From Mobula hypostoma (lineage: Eukaryota), in assembly GCF_963921235.1 (NCBI RefSeq), contig NC_086108.1, positions 78,060,001-78,124,000 of the forward strand: DNA of 64,000 nucleotides, given 5' to 3'. The notes under the pieces were generated by a model. The model was not told the origin of the DNA and made no database searches. It saw nothing but the letters and a program-made list of their open reading frames with translations. Positions 52,511 through 64,000 of this stretch are shown in pieces. The position numbers and the translations under genes were made by a program. How positions within the stretch are numbered: the first letter of the stretch is position 1; every line of letters starts with the position of its first letter.

Positions 52511-53291
52511 CAAATAATGGACTGACCGTTCAGGACTAAGATGAGATGAAATTTCTTCATCCAGAGGGCAATGCTCTTTGCAATTCTCTACCCAAGAGTT
52601 TGCTGAATATCATAAGAACAGAGATCAATAGATTTTGGATGTTGAGAGATATGAGGTTATCATAGCAATGTAGTACTGAGGTATATGATCTGCTATGATC
52701 TTATTCAGTGATAGAGCAGGCAAAAGAAGTTGAAATGCCTTCTCCTGTTTCTATTTCTCATGTTGTATTCTTACTTAAGAAGCAATATAAAATGTCACAA
52801 TATGGCAGATGTGTTAAAGCCTTTGAGTTAGGTTTGGCTCTTTATGTTTATTGGGTGTTTTCTGGTAGAGCCTGTACTATTTCATAGTATGTGAAGTATG
52901 AGTAGCTCATACATAAATCATATTTCTCTGTTTATGCTTATTTGGCATGTAGATATACAAAAAAGTCTAGTCCTATTTAGATTCATACTGAACAGAAGCA
53001 AGTGCCTAGACCCACCAAGACCATGACCATCATCAAGACTTCTTTAAATATTAACCTTACATTGAGCTAATCTTATTCTCCCCACGTTCCACTCACCAAT
53101 GCACCAGGGGTAACTTAGAGTTGCCAATTAACTGAGCAAGCTGCAAGTCAATGCGATGTAGGAGGATACCTGTGCAGCTGAAGAAACTCGATAGTCTTGA
53201 GGAAGATGTGTAGTCTCCAGCCAAGCAACACCAGCGGTGAAGATCAAACCCACCTGCAAGAGGCTGGGAGGCTGTAACACTGTGCTGCAAT

Positions 53292-53980
53292 TCTAATCTA
53301 CCATTGGATCACCTGGACAATGCAAATAACTGTCAGGATGCTATTTATTGACTGCAGCTCAGCATTTAATACCATCATTTCTACAGTTTTGATCAAAAAG
53401 CTCCGGAACCTGGACTTCTGTACCTCTGTCTGCAGCTGGATCCTTGACTTCCTAACCAGAAGACCACAGTCTGTGCGGTTCGGAAACAACATCTTCAGCT
53501 CGCTGACAATCAACACTGGCGCTCCACAGGGATATGTGCTTAGCCCACTGCTCTACTCTCCCTACCCCCATTACCGCGTTGCTAGGCTCAGCCCAGATTT
53601 ATAAATTTGATGACGATACAACTACTGTTGGCAGATTTTCAGATGGTGATGAGAAGCTTTACAGGAGCAAGATGGTGTCGCAGCAACAACCATGCACTCA
53701 ACACCAATAAGACCAAAGGACTGAGTGTGGTCTTCAGAAGCAGTGAGACAAAGAAACACACATCAGTCCTCATAGAGGGATCAGAAGTGGAAAGAGTGAG
53801 CAATTTCAAGTTCTGGGTGTCAGTATCTCTGAGGATCTAACCTAGACCCAGCATATCAATGTAGCTACAGAAAAGCCACGACAATAACTATATTTCATTT
53901 GGAGTTTTAGGAGATTGGGAATATCACCTAAAACACTGAAAATTTCTACAGTACCGTGGAGAATATTCTAACTGACTGCA
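53292..53980 (+). mobile_element. Rex1/Babar RT fragment
   Basis: [37 protein letters not shown]. Confidence 0.85.
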
Positions 53981-54548
53981 CAGGATCAAAACCCAGGATA
54001 TGGGGAGACAAAATTGGAAGAAATAAAGAAACCATTAACCAACTTGCGTAAATAAAATAAGTAATTTCAACATAATCCTCATTCCTTACCTCGCAGGATG
54101 CCAACAATTCCAGACAAATCCGTTAGCGAATTGCTTTGATGTTGCTTTTACTTGGTGAGAAGCCAGAATTGATCAATACAGGAGGCATACTTTCTGTAGG
54201 AAACCTTAGACTGTTGTAGCTCCCACAATGTTTTACTTGTATGTGCGCTTGCAAAAGCTACAGTACCTGCACTAAAGTGGAATTAAATTGCCCCTTTTGT
54301 ATTTTAGTAGCTGATGGCTATTGAAATTGATATACCTTTTTTTACACATGGCACATTTGATGCCTATCAAAAAACTATTGGTTGGTGATGTCTGTTCATA
54401 CTGTGGCTGTTCCTTGCTATGCACCTGATTATGTCCCAATTTTAAAATCACTTTAGTTTGCCATGATCAGACATTAGATTGCAACTTCCTTGCTAATACG
54501 TTAGTGTCATTTATTTTCCTCTGCAGAGAACTGAGATATATGTAAATA

Positions 54549-55298
54549 CAGACATCCCACCCTGCAAAAGCTCATTTCAGGAAGGTAGCATCATCAATTT
54601 GCGGGAGACTTCCGGGAGAGGTGGGATGTCTGCAATAGAATAGCTCCTTAGCAGCTGGCCAGCTAGTTTAAATAACGTTAGCTATACTAATGAACGAATG
54701 ACACCTGTTAAACTCACCTCAACATGTCTTTTACATTTTAACCCACCATGGGCAATAGAAAAGTCACTGTTGCAAACAGTGCAGCGAGCAACACTGTCAT
54801 TATTTTGACCCCTATTAGACAGGGGTACACTTTAGTGGGGTGACGTATGTTTTATTTTTTTTTTGGAACACTCTGCAATGGTGCGCTCTCTCTCTCTCTC
54901 TCTCTCTCGTGGTCGCTCGCGCGCTCTCGCTTGCTCTCTGTCTCGCTGGCTGTCTCTCTCTTGCTTTCTCTCTCGCTCTCTCTCTCTCTCTCACTTGCTT
55001 TCTCACTCTCTCGCTGGCTCTCTCTCTCTCGCTTGCTTTCGCTCTCGCTTTCTGGCTCGCTTGCTCTCTCTTGCTTTCTCACTCTCTCGCTCGCTTGCCT
55101 TCACTCTCGCTTGCTTTCTCTCTCACTCTCTCTCTCTCTCTCTCTCTCTCTCGTCACTCTCGCGCTCTCTCTTGCTTTTCTCTCGCTCGCTCTCAAAAAA
55201 ATTGATTTCCGTGATATTGTATATAATTTGCGGGCATCAGGGAGCCACTATTAATATGCGGGAGACTCTCGGAAGTTCTGGGAGAGGTGGGATGTCTG
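54549..55298. mobile_element. hAT-like non-autonomous element with an internal CT/CTCG microsatellite
   Basis: TIRs CAGACATCCCACC / GGTGGGATGTCTG, an extra TIR copy at ~54620-54632, TGTAAATA at both ends. Confidence 0.72.
54885..55194. repeat. Compound (CT)n/(CTCG)n/(CTTG)n microsatellite
   Basis: Directly visible; explains the five overlapping low-complexity ORFs. Confidence 0.95.
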
Positions 55299-56019
55299 TA
55301 AATATTGGGAATCCAGATTCCCATCTCCCTGTGCTGATGTTAATTATTATCAAAAGGCCATTTGAGCTACCCTGTGTGAATAGAATTTGTGACAACTGTG
55401 GCAGCTTCGACTGAGCTTTCGTTATCTGTTCATTGACCAGAATTGGAATTAGGTTTAATATCACCAGATAGATCACAGCACAAAGTATATTCAAACGACA
55501 GAAAAGTTCACTGGCAGTAAAGTAAATAATACTTCTAACATATTCATGGTTTTGTGACTGAGGGCTGCGTTCCAGCAAGAAAGTCATGGGCCCAGTTCCC
55601 AGCGTGACCTGTCTCTTGAATTCCCTCAGCCTCACTTAACTTCAAAAGGACACAAGACCAGTTCCTGCAAGACAAAACATATTTTCTTTAGGGAACATAG
55701 ATAGAATTGTTGTTGCTGAACTAACGGCACTAATTATAACCCTCACTGACTGATCTCACTCAGCAGACTAGTCTGGAGGAAGGATTTAACAATTAATTGG
55801 CTAATAATAATATGCATTCTTTAGCTTAGGAAATAATAAACGAATTGACCTGACAGCAGAATGACTAAGTTCATCTATCTTTGTGAGTTATACCAATCAG
55901 GAGTTTCCAGGCTTGGACTGAATTAGTTGAGCTTACCTAGATAGTAAATCTCCGTGTTTTTAGATACCAGGTTTGGGTTGGGTTTTAGGTATTTAATCCT
56001 CCACAATATTCCATGTGGG

Positions 56020-56182
56020 GATTTAAACTGGAGGTGGCAGTGTTTTTTTTACGAGGTCGATTTGTGAGCTCGACATCAACCCGGCATGGATGGAGAGCGC
56101 GCTCGGGAGCAGCCTGTCACTGGATCGAACTCGGGAACCTCCGTTCTCGAGCCCAGCGCTGATCTCACTGCGCCACCAGCCG
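56020..56182 (-). mobile_element. tRNA-headed SINE
   Basis: On the minus strand: A box TGGCGCAGTGAG (56175-56164) and B box GAGTTCGATCC (56132-56122). CpG-rich. Confidence 0.72.
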
Positions 56183-57006
56183 ACCTGGTGAGCTGCAATA
56201 CCAAGCCAAATTCGATGCACTTAAAAAATGAATGCTTAAAGCCCATGGAAATACGCCTTCTTGTCCAGCACAGTGAGTGGTTCAGTTACTAGACTAGCAA
56301 TCTGGAAGTTTACAATAATAATCTGGGAGACTTCTAAACAGTGTGTCAAAAGAAGTCTGAAAGTGAAAAGCCAGTATCAGCAATGGTGAAGATGTTAGAA
56401 TAACCGTATCCTGCTGAACCACATGTAATGGCAGTCCCATCTCAAAGTTATTCACTCTCAGCTGCTCTTTCAAATTATTCACAGGCCAATTCAATTTCAA
56501 ACCAATGCGAAGGACTGTTCAGGAAGAAGGCAATATATCCAGCCTGGCCTGCAAATTCCACATAGAGAGTAAGAACTAAATTGCCCAAGTGTGTTCACCT
56601 GAGGAAACTGGAAATACTGGAGAGAAATGGAGGGTGGAGTTCCCCAGAACGCAGCAGTGGGACCCAGCTTTTCCTAACATATAATATTACTTGGATACCA
56701 TGCAAATTGCAATTTCAAAACTGCAGATGGCATAAAATGAAGGCATGGTGTCCTGTTAGAAGGATAGTAATGAACCTCAAGGAGATGAAGACCGGCTAGG
56801 ATCTGGAATGCATTGCAGCAGGCAGAAGAGAACTAGTTTATATCTGAAAGAGAAGGATTTGCAGTGCTGTAAGGAGTTTGTTCATAAAATAAACTAGTTC
56901 AGGTTCAATGGGCCAAAAGGCCTCCTACATGCTATAACCATTCCATGATTCTGTAAGTAAAATACCAGCAATTTGTGGTGGGTGAAATTTAATGCTAAGG
57001 TACCAA

Positions 57007-57542
57007 CACTCAGTGGCCACTTTATTAGGCAAACCTGTGCACCTGCTTGTTAATGGAAGTTGCAAATCAGACAATCATATGGTAGCAACTCAGTGCATAA
57101 AAGCATCCGTACATGATCGAGAGTGTCAGTTGTTATTCAGACCAAACTTCAGAACGGGGAATGAATGTGACCTATGTGACTTTGACCCGTGGAATGATTG
57201 TTGGTGCCAGACAGGGTGGTTTGAGTATCTCAGAAACTGCTGATCACTTGGAATTTTCATGCACAACAGTTTCTAGAGTTTACAGAGAATGGTGCAATAA
57301 ACAAAAGACATCCAGTGAGCGGCGGCTGTGGTGGGGAAAGCACCTTGTTAATTAGAGATGTCAGAGGAGAATGGCCAGACTGGTTGAAGCTGACAAGATG
57401 GCAATGTTAACTCAAATAACAAACACATTTACAGCGGTGGTGTGCATAAAAGCATCTCTGAGTGCAAGTTGAACCTTGAAATGGATGGATTACAGCAGCA
57501 AAAGACTATGTACAGGAGGTACCTAATAAAGCGGCCGAGTGT
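57007..57542 (+). mobile_element. Tc1-like deletion derivative
   Basis: TIR CACTCAGTGGCCACTTTATTAGG. Paired-like HTH RGMIVGARQGGLSISETADHLEFSCTTVSRVYREW. Confidence 0.85.
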
Positions 57543-59315
57543 GAAGTGCTACATATTGGTAAGAAGAATAAGAGGAGAGCATGAATGTAATTGTCTACAG
57601 CAACGAGTTGGAATCCATGTGCATGATCATAGAGTAAAACCAAACTACTCCTCCTACGTGCATAGTGTCCACTTTTCCACCTGCTGCACATTCATGTGCC
57701 TGTGTAAATGCTCCTTGAACACCTCAGTTTTATGTGTCGCCACCAACATTGAGAGAGGCGGAATGAGAAAGTGGCAAATAACCACAGGGAAAGCTGGGCT
57801 TTATAGAGGTAAGAGTAAGAAAGATACGATTTTTTATTAAATACTGCCTTTGGCCAGTTCAAGGTACAAGGTACAGGGTACAGTTCAAGGAAAGGCACGA
57901 AACCAATTAAATCTTGTAGAAATGAACTGTTCAAGTGATTCTACAGATGAGAGACTTGGTTATGTGGATAGACTGGGGAATATGGGTTGTTCTCGTGGGA
58001 ACAAAAAACATTGAAGAGGGATGAAAGAGACATTTAGATCATCACAAAGTAGATAGAGAAAATCTATTCCCATGGACGGAAGAGTGAGAACTAGGGAACA
58101 TAGATGAAGGTAACTGGCAAGCGGGTCAAGAACCAAGGCATGAAGGAATTTTAACACAGCAAGTGGTCGGGCTCTGGAATGTACTGCCAGTGTTGTAGTT
58201 GAGTCATATTTAATTGTAGTTTTCTAAAAGGAACCAGTTAAAAGGACAGAATTTATAGGCCTATGGGGGAGGGTTGAGGAATGGGACTAGCTGGAGTTAC
58301 ACTTACATGGAATTAGTACAGACTTAATAGCCTTTTCCTGTTTTAAACCATTTTGAGTTCAGCGAATAAAACATCAGACTTCAGTTGCAGGTGAAGAGTA
58401 GCAGGAATATGAAGTTAGTAGGCAGAGACTGAAGGAGTAATATATTCAAGATGGAATAGGAAAGGCAGTGGTGTCATTTTCATAATAGCTGTTTGCTGTA
58501 TTTCAGCGGAACTTAAATTAGACTGGAAATTTCCACCCAGCACTAAGCTTCCCACAATTTTAAGGATAGAAGATAAATAATGGAGCACCGCCAAGAGGGA
58601 GAAAAACTGAGAACAAAATAAGATTATAAAGATTGTTTATGAAATTATTTTATGTATCCATATCTGGTATTTTGTTGTCTCCAGACAGTATCAGATTACA
58701 CGAAGAGAGGTGAGTAAACTTACCCTTCATCCATGCTTAGAATTAATGTGCAATCACTACTCTCAATCATTCGATATTAAGTTCACTGAAGTGGAATTAA
58801 GCATATCCATTAAATTAAACTGAAGCTAATTATGTGTGCTGCAACATGTTTACATGTTTGCATACAAAATAAACATAGATTCTCTGTAGCGTTGCGCAGT
58901 TTACAGGACTAGTGAGATATACGAAAAGGGACACAGTCATACCCGCCACTACTGGAGGAAGATTGTTAATATATAGTGATATTATTCGTAAAAATTTAAG
59001 CTGTTTTGTAAATTATGATTTAATTTTTGTTTGAACATTTAAATAAACTTTCATTACCCTTACTGTATGTTTCCCTCCCCCCTACCCCTATATGTATCAT
59101 ATAATTAGTCAATAGATGCTCAAGGTATATTACAGCACGAGATGGTTGAATGGCTAGGATCTGATTTCCCTACTCCCTTCCCCTCCCACATCCCTACCAG
59201 CTGTCACCCTGGCAAAGGTCTGCCTGGCAAACTAAGAGCCTGTTAGTACTGGAAGCTATTAGGGGAAGTCTGAATGTGCAGCCAGGTGGGTAACCCCCCA
59301 TTGCTATGCGCTCTC

Positions 59316-59853
59316 TTATACCTAATAAAGTGGCCACTGAGTATGACTTCATGGTCTTCTGCTGCTGTGGGCCATCCACTTCAAGATGCAACGTGCTGTG
59401 CTTTCCGAGATGTTCTTCTGTTCACCACAGTCGTAACTCGTGGTTAGTTGAATTAGCGACATCTTCCTGTCAACTTGAACCAGTCTAGCCATTCTCCTCA
59501 GACATCTCTCATTAACAGGGCATTTTCGCCCATAGATCTACCGCTCATTGGATGTTTTTCTGTGTAAATCACTGTTGCCTGTAAACCCTAGTAACTGTGG
59601 TGTGTGAAAATCCCAGGAGATCAGCAATTTCTGAGATATTCAAACCACCCCATCTGACGCCAAAAACCATTCTACAGTCTAAGTTACTTAGATCACATTT
59701 CTTCCCCATTCTGAGCTTTGGCCTAAACTACAACTGAAGTCTAGACTATGTCTGCATACTTTTTTGCATTAAGTTGCTGCCACATGATTGGTAGATTATA
59801 TATTTGAATTAATGAGTACTTGTGCAAATGTACCTAATAAAATGGCTACTGAG
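59316..59853 (-). mobile_element. Tc1-like deletion derivative, same family, inverted
   Basis: CCTAATAAAGTGGCCACTGAG motifs; body is the reverse complement of 57050-57510. Confidence 0.8.
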
Positions 59854-60384
59854 CCTGTTTCTTTTGGCCAGATGCTTCAGCACTGTGAAAATGCAGTTAT
59901 TCAAAATATGGACTGGTCGCAGGGTAAAACTCAAGACTGAAACTTTCTACGTCAAATCAAAATATAATCATGTCAGAGAGGATTTTGTTGGTGTCACGAA
60001 GGAGTGGTGATTAACTTTCCGCTTTAGCATCAAACAGTCCTGGTTCCCTAAACGTTTAGGCCTTTTTATTCTGCATTCAAGCTGCCAAGATCCTAAATGG
60101 CCTCACTTACACTGTGGACCAGGCGTGCTAGAGTGTGAAGTTGCTGCTTTTGCACAAATGCTGCAGTGTTGAGCAAAGAGAAATAGAGAATTATTCTTTG
60201 CAGGGAACTATTTATTGTAGCTTATCAGCTGAGGCCGATAGAAGTGAGGAGTTTGTAAGCCTGAATGCTGAGCATGGTTTTTTGCTGCAATTGTTCTTTC
60301 CTTGGCACTCTGCTTTTGCAGAACACACTTGTCTAATTTCCATCAACTCAGTTTCAACTAGGGCATTCCAGAATACTACGAGTC

Positions 60385-63115
60385 ATGGAAGCAGAATTAG
60401 GCCATTCAGCCCATTGAGTCTGCTCAGCTATTCTATCATGGCTGATTTATTATTCCTCTCAACCCCATTCTCCTGCCTCTCCCTGTAACTTCTGATGTCC
60501 TTACTAATCAAAAACCTATCAACCTCTGCTTTAAATATACCCAATGACTTGGCATCCACAGCCATCTATGGCAATGAATTCCACAGATTCACCACCCTCT
60601 GGCTAACGAAATTCCTCATCATCTTTGCTCTAAAAGGGTCGTGTTTCTCTTCTGAGACTGTGTCCTTTGGTCCTAGATTCTGCCATTACAGGGAACATTC
60701 TCTCCACATTGAATCTTTCTAGACCTTTCGATATTTGATAGGTTTTGATGAGCTCCTCCCTATTTCAGCAAGGCATTTGATAAAGTACCCCATGCAAGGC
60801 TTATTGAGAAAGTAAGGAGGCATGGGATCCAAGGGGACATTGCTTTGTGGATCCAGAACTGGCTTGCCCACAGAAAGCAAAGAGTGGTTGTAGACGGGTC
60901 ATATTCTGCATGGAAGTCGGTCACCAGTGGTGTGCCTCAGGGATCTGTTCTGGGACTCCTACTCTTTGTGATTTTTATAAATGACCTCGATGAGGAAGTG
61001 GAGGGATGGGTTAGTAAATTTGCTGATGACACAAAGGTTGGTGGTGTTGTGGATAGTGTGGAGGGCTGTCAGAGTTTACAGTGGGACATTGATAGGATGC
61101 AAAACTGGGCGGAGAAGTGGCAGATGGAGTTCAACCCAGATAAGTGTGAGGTGGTTCATTTTGGTAGGTCAAATATCATGACAGAATATAGTATTAATGG
61201 TAAGACTCTTGTCAGTGTGGAGGATCGGAGGGATCTTGGGGTCTTGAGAGGATCGGAGGGATCTTGATAGTCCATAGGACACTCAAAGCTGCAACACAGG
61301 TTGACTGTGTGGTTAAGAAGGCATATGGTGCATTGGCCTTCATCAATCGTGGGATTGAGTTTAGGAACTGAGAGGTAATGTTGCAGCTATATTGGACCCT
61401 GGTCAGACCCCACTTGGAGTACTGTGCTCAGTTCTGGTCACCTCACTCTAGGAAGGATGTGGAAACCGCAGAAAGGGTGCAGAGGAGATTTACAAGGATG
61501 TTGCCTGGATTGGGGAGCATGTCTGATGAGAATAGGTTGAGTGAACTCAGCCTTTTTTCCTTGGAGCGATGGAGGATGAGAGGTGACCTGATAGGGGTGC
61601 CTAAGATGATGAGAGGCATTGATCATGTGGATAGTCAGAGGCTTTTTCCCAGGGCTGAAATGGCTAGCATGAGAGGGCACAGTTTTAAGGTGCTTGGAAG
61701 TAGGTACAGAGGAGATATCGGGGCAAGTTTTTTATGCAGAGAGTGGTGAGTGTGTGGAATGGGCTGCCGGCGACAGTGGTGGAGGCGATATGATAGGGTC
61801 TTTTAAGAGAATCCTGGATGGATACATAGAGCTTAGAAAAATAGAGGGCTATGGGTGACCCTAGGTAATTTTTCAGGTAAGGACATGTTCCGCACAGCTT
61901 TGTTTGCCGAAGGGGTCTGTATTGTGCTGTAGGTTTTCTATGTTTCTATTCTTTTGAGCTCCAGTGAGTACGCACCCAGAACCAACAAATGCTCTTCACA
62001 TGTTAACATTTCATTCCTGGGATCATTCTTGTGAACCTGTTCTGGACCCTCTCCAATGCCAGCATATCCTTTCTTAGATAAGGAGCTCTGAACTGCTCAC
62101 AATGCTCTAAGTATGGATTGATCAATGCCTTATAAAGCCTCAGCATTACATCTTTGCTTTAATATTCCAACCCCCTCAAAATGAATGATAACATTGTGTT
62201 TGCCTCCTTACATCTACTCAACCTGCAAGTTAACCTTTAGGAAATCCTGCACAGGGACTCCTAAGTCCCTTTGCACCTCTGATTTCTGAATTTTTCATCC
62301 CCATTTAGAAAATAGTCTATGCCTTTATTCCTTCTTCCAAAGTGTTTAACTGTACACTTTCCTACACTATAATCCATGTACCACTTCTTTGCCCATTTTC
62401 CAAATCTGTCCAAGTCCTTTTGCAGACTCCCTATTTCCTCAACGCCACCTGCCTCTCCACATGTCTTATTATCATCCACAAACATGGCCACAAAACCATC
62501 AATTCCATCATCCAAATCATTGACATATAACATGAAAAGAAGTAGACCCAGTACTGACCCCAGTGGAACACCACTCATCACCAGCAGCCTACCAGAAAAG
62601 GTCCCCTTTATTCTCACTCTTTGCCTCCTGCCAGTCAGCTGATCTTCTAAAGCTAGTATCATTCTTGAAATACCATGGGCTCTTATCTTTCTAGCAGCTT
62701 CATATGCTGCATCTTGTCAAAGTCCTTCTGAAAATTCAAATAAGCAACATCCTTTATCTAGCCTGCCTGTAACTTCATCAAAAAATTCCATCAGATTTGT
62801 CAGACAAGGTTTCTTCTTGCAGAAACCATGCTGACTTCAGCCTATTTTATCAGATGCCTCCAAGTACCCTGAAACCATATCCTTAATAATCAATTCCAAC
62901 GTCTTCCCAACCACTGAAGTCAGGCTAACTGGCCTATAATTTCTTTTCTTTTGCCTCCCTCCCTTCTTAAAGCATGGAGAGACATTTGCAGTTTTCTAAT
63001 CCTCTGTACAATTCCAGAATCTAGTGAATTTTGAAGGTTCACTACTAATGTCTCCACAATTTCTTCATTACATCTTTCAGAACCCTGAAGTGTAGTCCAT
63101 CTGGTCCAGGTCACT
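60385..63115 (-). mobile_element. CR1 interrupted by an oppositely oriented CR1
   Basis: 3' UTR at 60385. RT ORFs 62261-62662 (GVPLGSVLG, FVDDNK) and 62920-63114. Confidence 0.85.
60762..61948 (+). mobile_element. CR1 RT 3' half
   Basis: ORFs 60845-61267 and 61378-61749 (GVPQGSVLG, KFADDTK, LVRPHLEYC). TTTCTATG tail. Confidence 0.92.
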
Positions 63116-63539
63116 TAACTATGTAAAGAACTTTGAGCCAGGAACTTAGTGCATGAAAAATGCTCTATGAATAAGTTATTATTAATATTTATTTTTTCTC
63201 GGGTCAAGCTGGTAAAACCTGAGGTACGGCATTGCCAAGCACACTCATTTCTTAATTGCTAGAACTTTCGGACTATTCAAGTAGTGTTCAGTATTGTAAC
63301 TTTCTGGAGATTTACATACATATTGCTGTGTAGGCCTAATTGATTTATGCTATTGTGTAGTGTCTTTGGGAAGATACCAATAGTAGATGCTGCTGTTGGG
63401 ACAATGTATAACCTATTCATGTTCCATAACTTTCAGTTCCCTCTTTTAATTTGGCATATTTGTGTTGTTTTTCGCTTTTTTAATTTCTGTATGTTATGTG
63501 TGTTTGGAGTGGCTATATCTATTGAGTAAATAGTTCTTG

Positions 63540-64000
63540 CTTATTTATCCTGTAATATTATATCTAAATGATTATTATGGAGTGTCCTATTTGTAATAAT
63601 GGATCAGTCGTAATATAATTTATAGCACTCTGACTCTAAAACAGGATCAGGGTTATACTTATAGTAAGGTATGATGCCTTTAGGAGTTTGTATTTAAAAG
63701 TCTGAATCTGGTGAATGATATTTGCCGCTTGATTGTGTCTGTGTAAGTAATCAGATTGAGTTAAACTGCTGCAGGATCCTGTAATGCAGATGTACCCAAC
63801 CCGGGGTACATGGATCCCTTGCTTAATAGTATTGGCCATTGGCATTAAAAAAGTTGAGAACCCCTGCAGTAACGTGTTGGATTTTTTCAGGTTTCTCTTG
63901 GCATTTTCTACATTTATTGACTTGAATTTGTTGGTCTTTTATTATTTATTTTTTGTGTTAACCACCTGGTCTTGTCGTGCCACAAGGAAACCCTCTGTTT
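63540..64000 (-). mobile_element. R4/Dong-like (restriction-like endonuclease) non-LTR element fragment, running off the window end
   Basis: TEGFLVARQDQV..KCRKCQEKPE..ITGSCSSLTQSDYLHRHNQAANIIHQ: CCHC knuckle followed by the RHN motif. Confidence 0.72.
63787..63866. mobile_element. 80-bp hAT-type MITE (related copy ~7173-7250)
   Basis: CAGATGTACCCAAC...GTTGAGAACCCCTG with a degenerate 8-bp TSD CTGTAATG/CAGTAACG. Confidence 0.65.

Noticed and set aside
54085..54200. Minus-strand AG...GTAAGG exon-like segment
   Set aside because: Stops in all three frames and no other support.
54815..55414. Overlapping Leu/Ser- and Arg/Glu-rich ORFs
   Set aside because: Translations of a CT microsatellite.
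56100..56182. tRNA gene
   Set aside because: A and B boxes are present but there is no convincing acceptor stem, and it continues into a SINE-like body.
1..64000. CRISPR array or prokaryotic/viral system
   Set aside because: No regularly spaced repeats or dense ORFs; the sequence is vertebrate repeat-rich DNA.

Overview
Vertebrate, repeat-dense, non-coding-type DNA, most likely from a cartilaginous fish (ray/shark). That inference rests on the repeat mix: many CR1/HER1-like LINEs, HE1-like V-SINEs, Penelope-like elements, Rex1/Babar, L1, R4/Dong-like, and mariner/Tc1/pogo/hAT relics. I find no intact host gene, and most ORF-track entries are transposon fragments or chance ORFs. The main discovery is absent from the ORF track: a 5'-truncated, partially spliced copy of laminin alpha-1 (LAMA1) at 38545-39695. 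It consists of an exon end joined to a 243-nt exon, then a GT donor, intron-like DNA, an old CR1 and a young CR1 3' tail. It is inserted in ORF2 of a full-length L1 with a TATA duplication, which suggests CR1-driven retroposition of a host transcript. Second theme: about a dozen Penelope terminal repeats carrying decayed minimal hammerhead ribozymes of two families, including inverted-repeat arrangements. Family calls come from motif recognition by eye, not database searches. Boundaries without a stated target-site duplication (TSD) are approximate.
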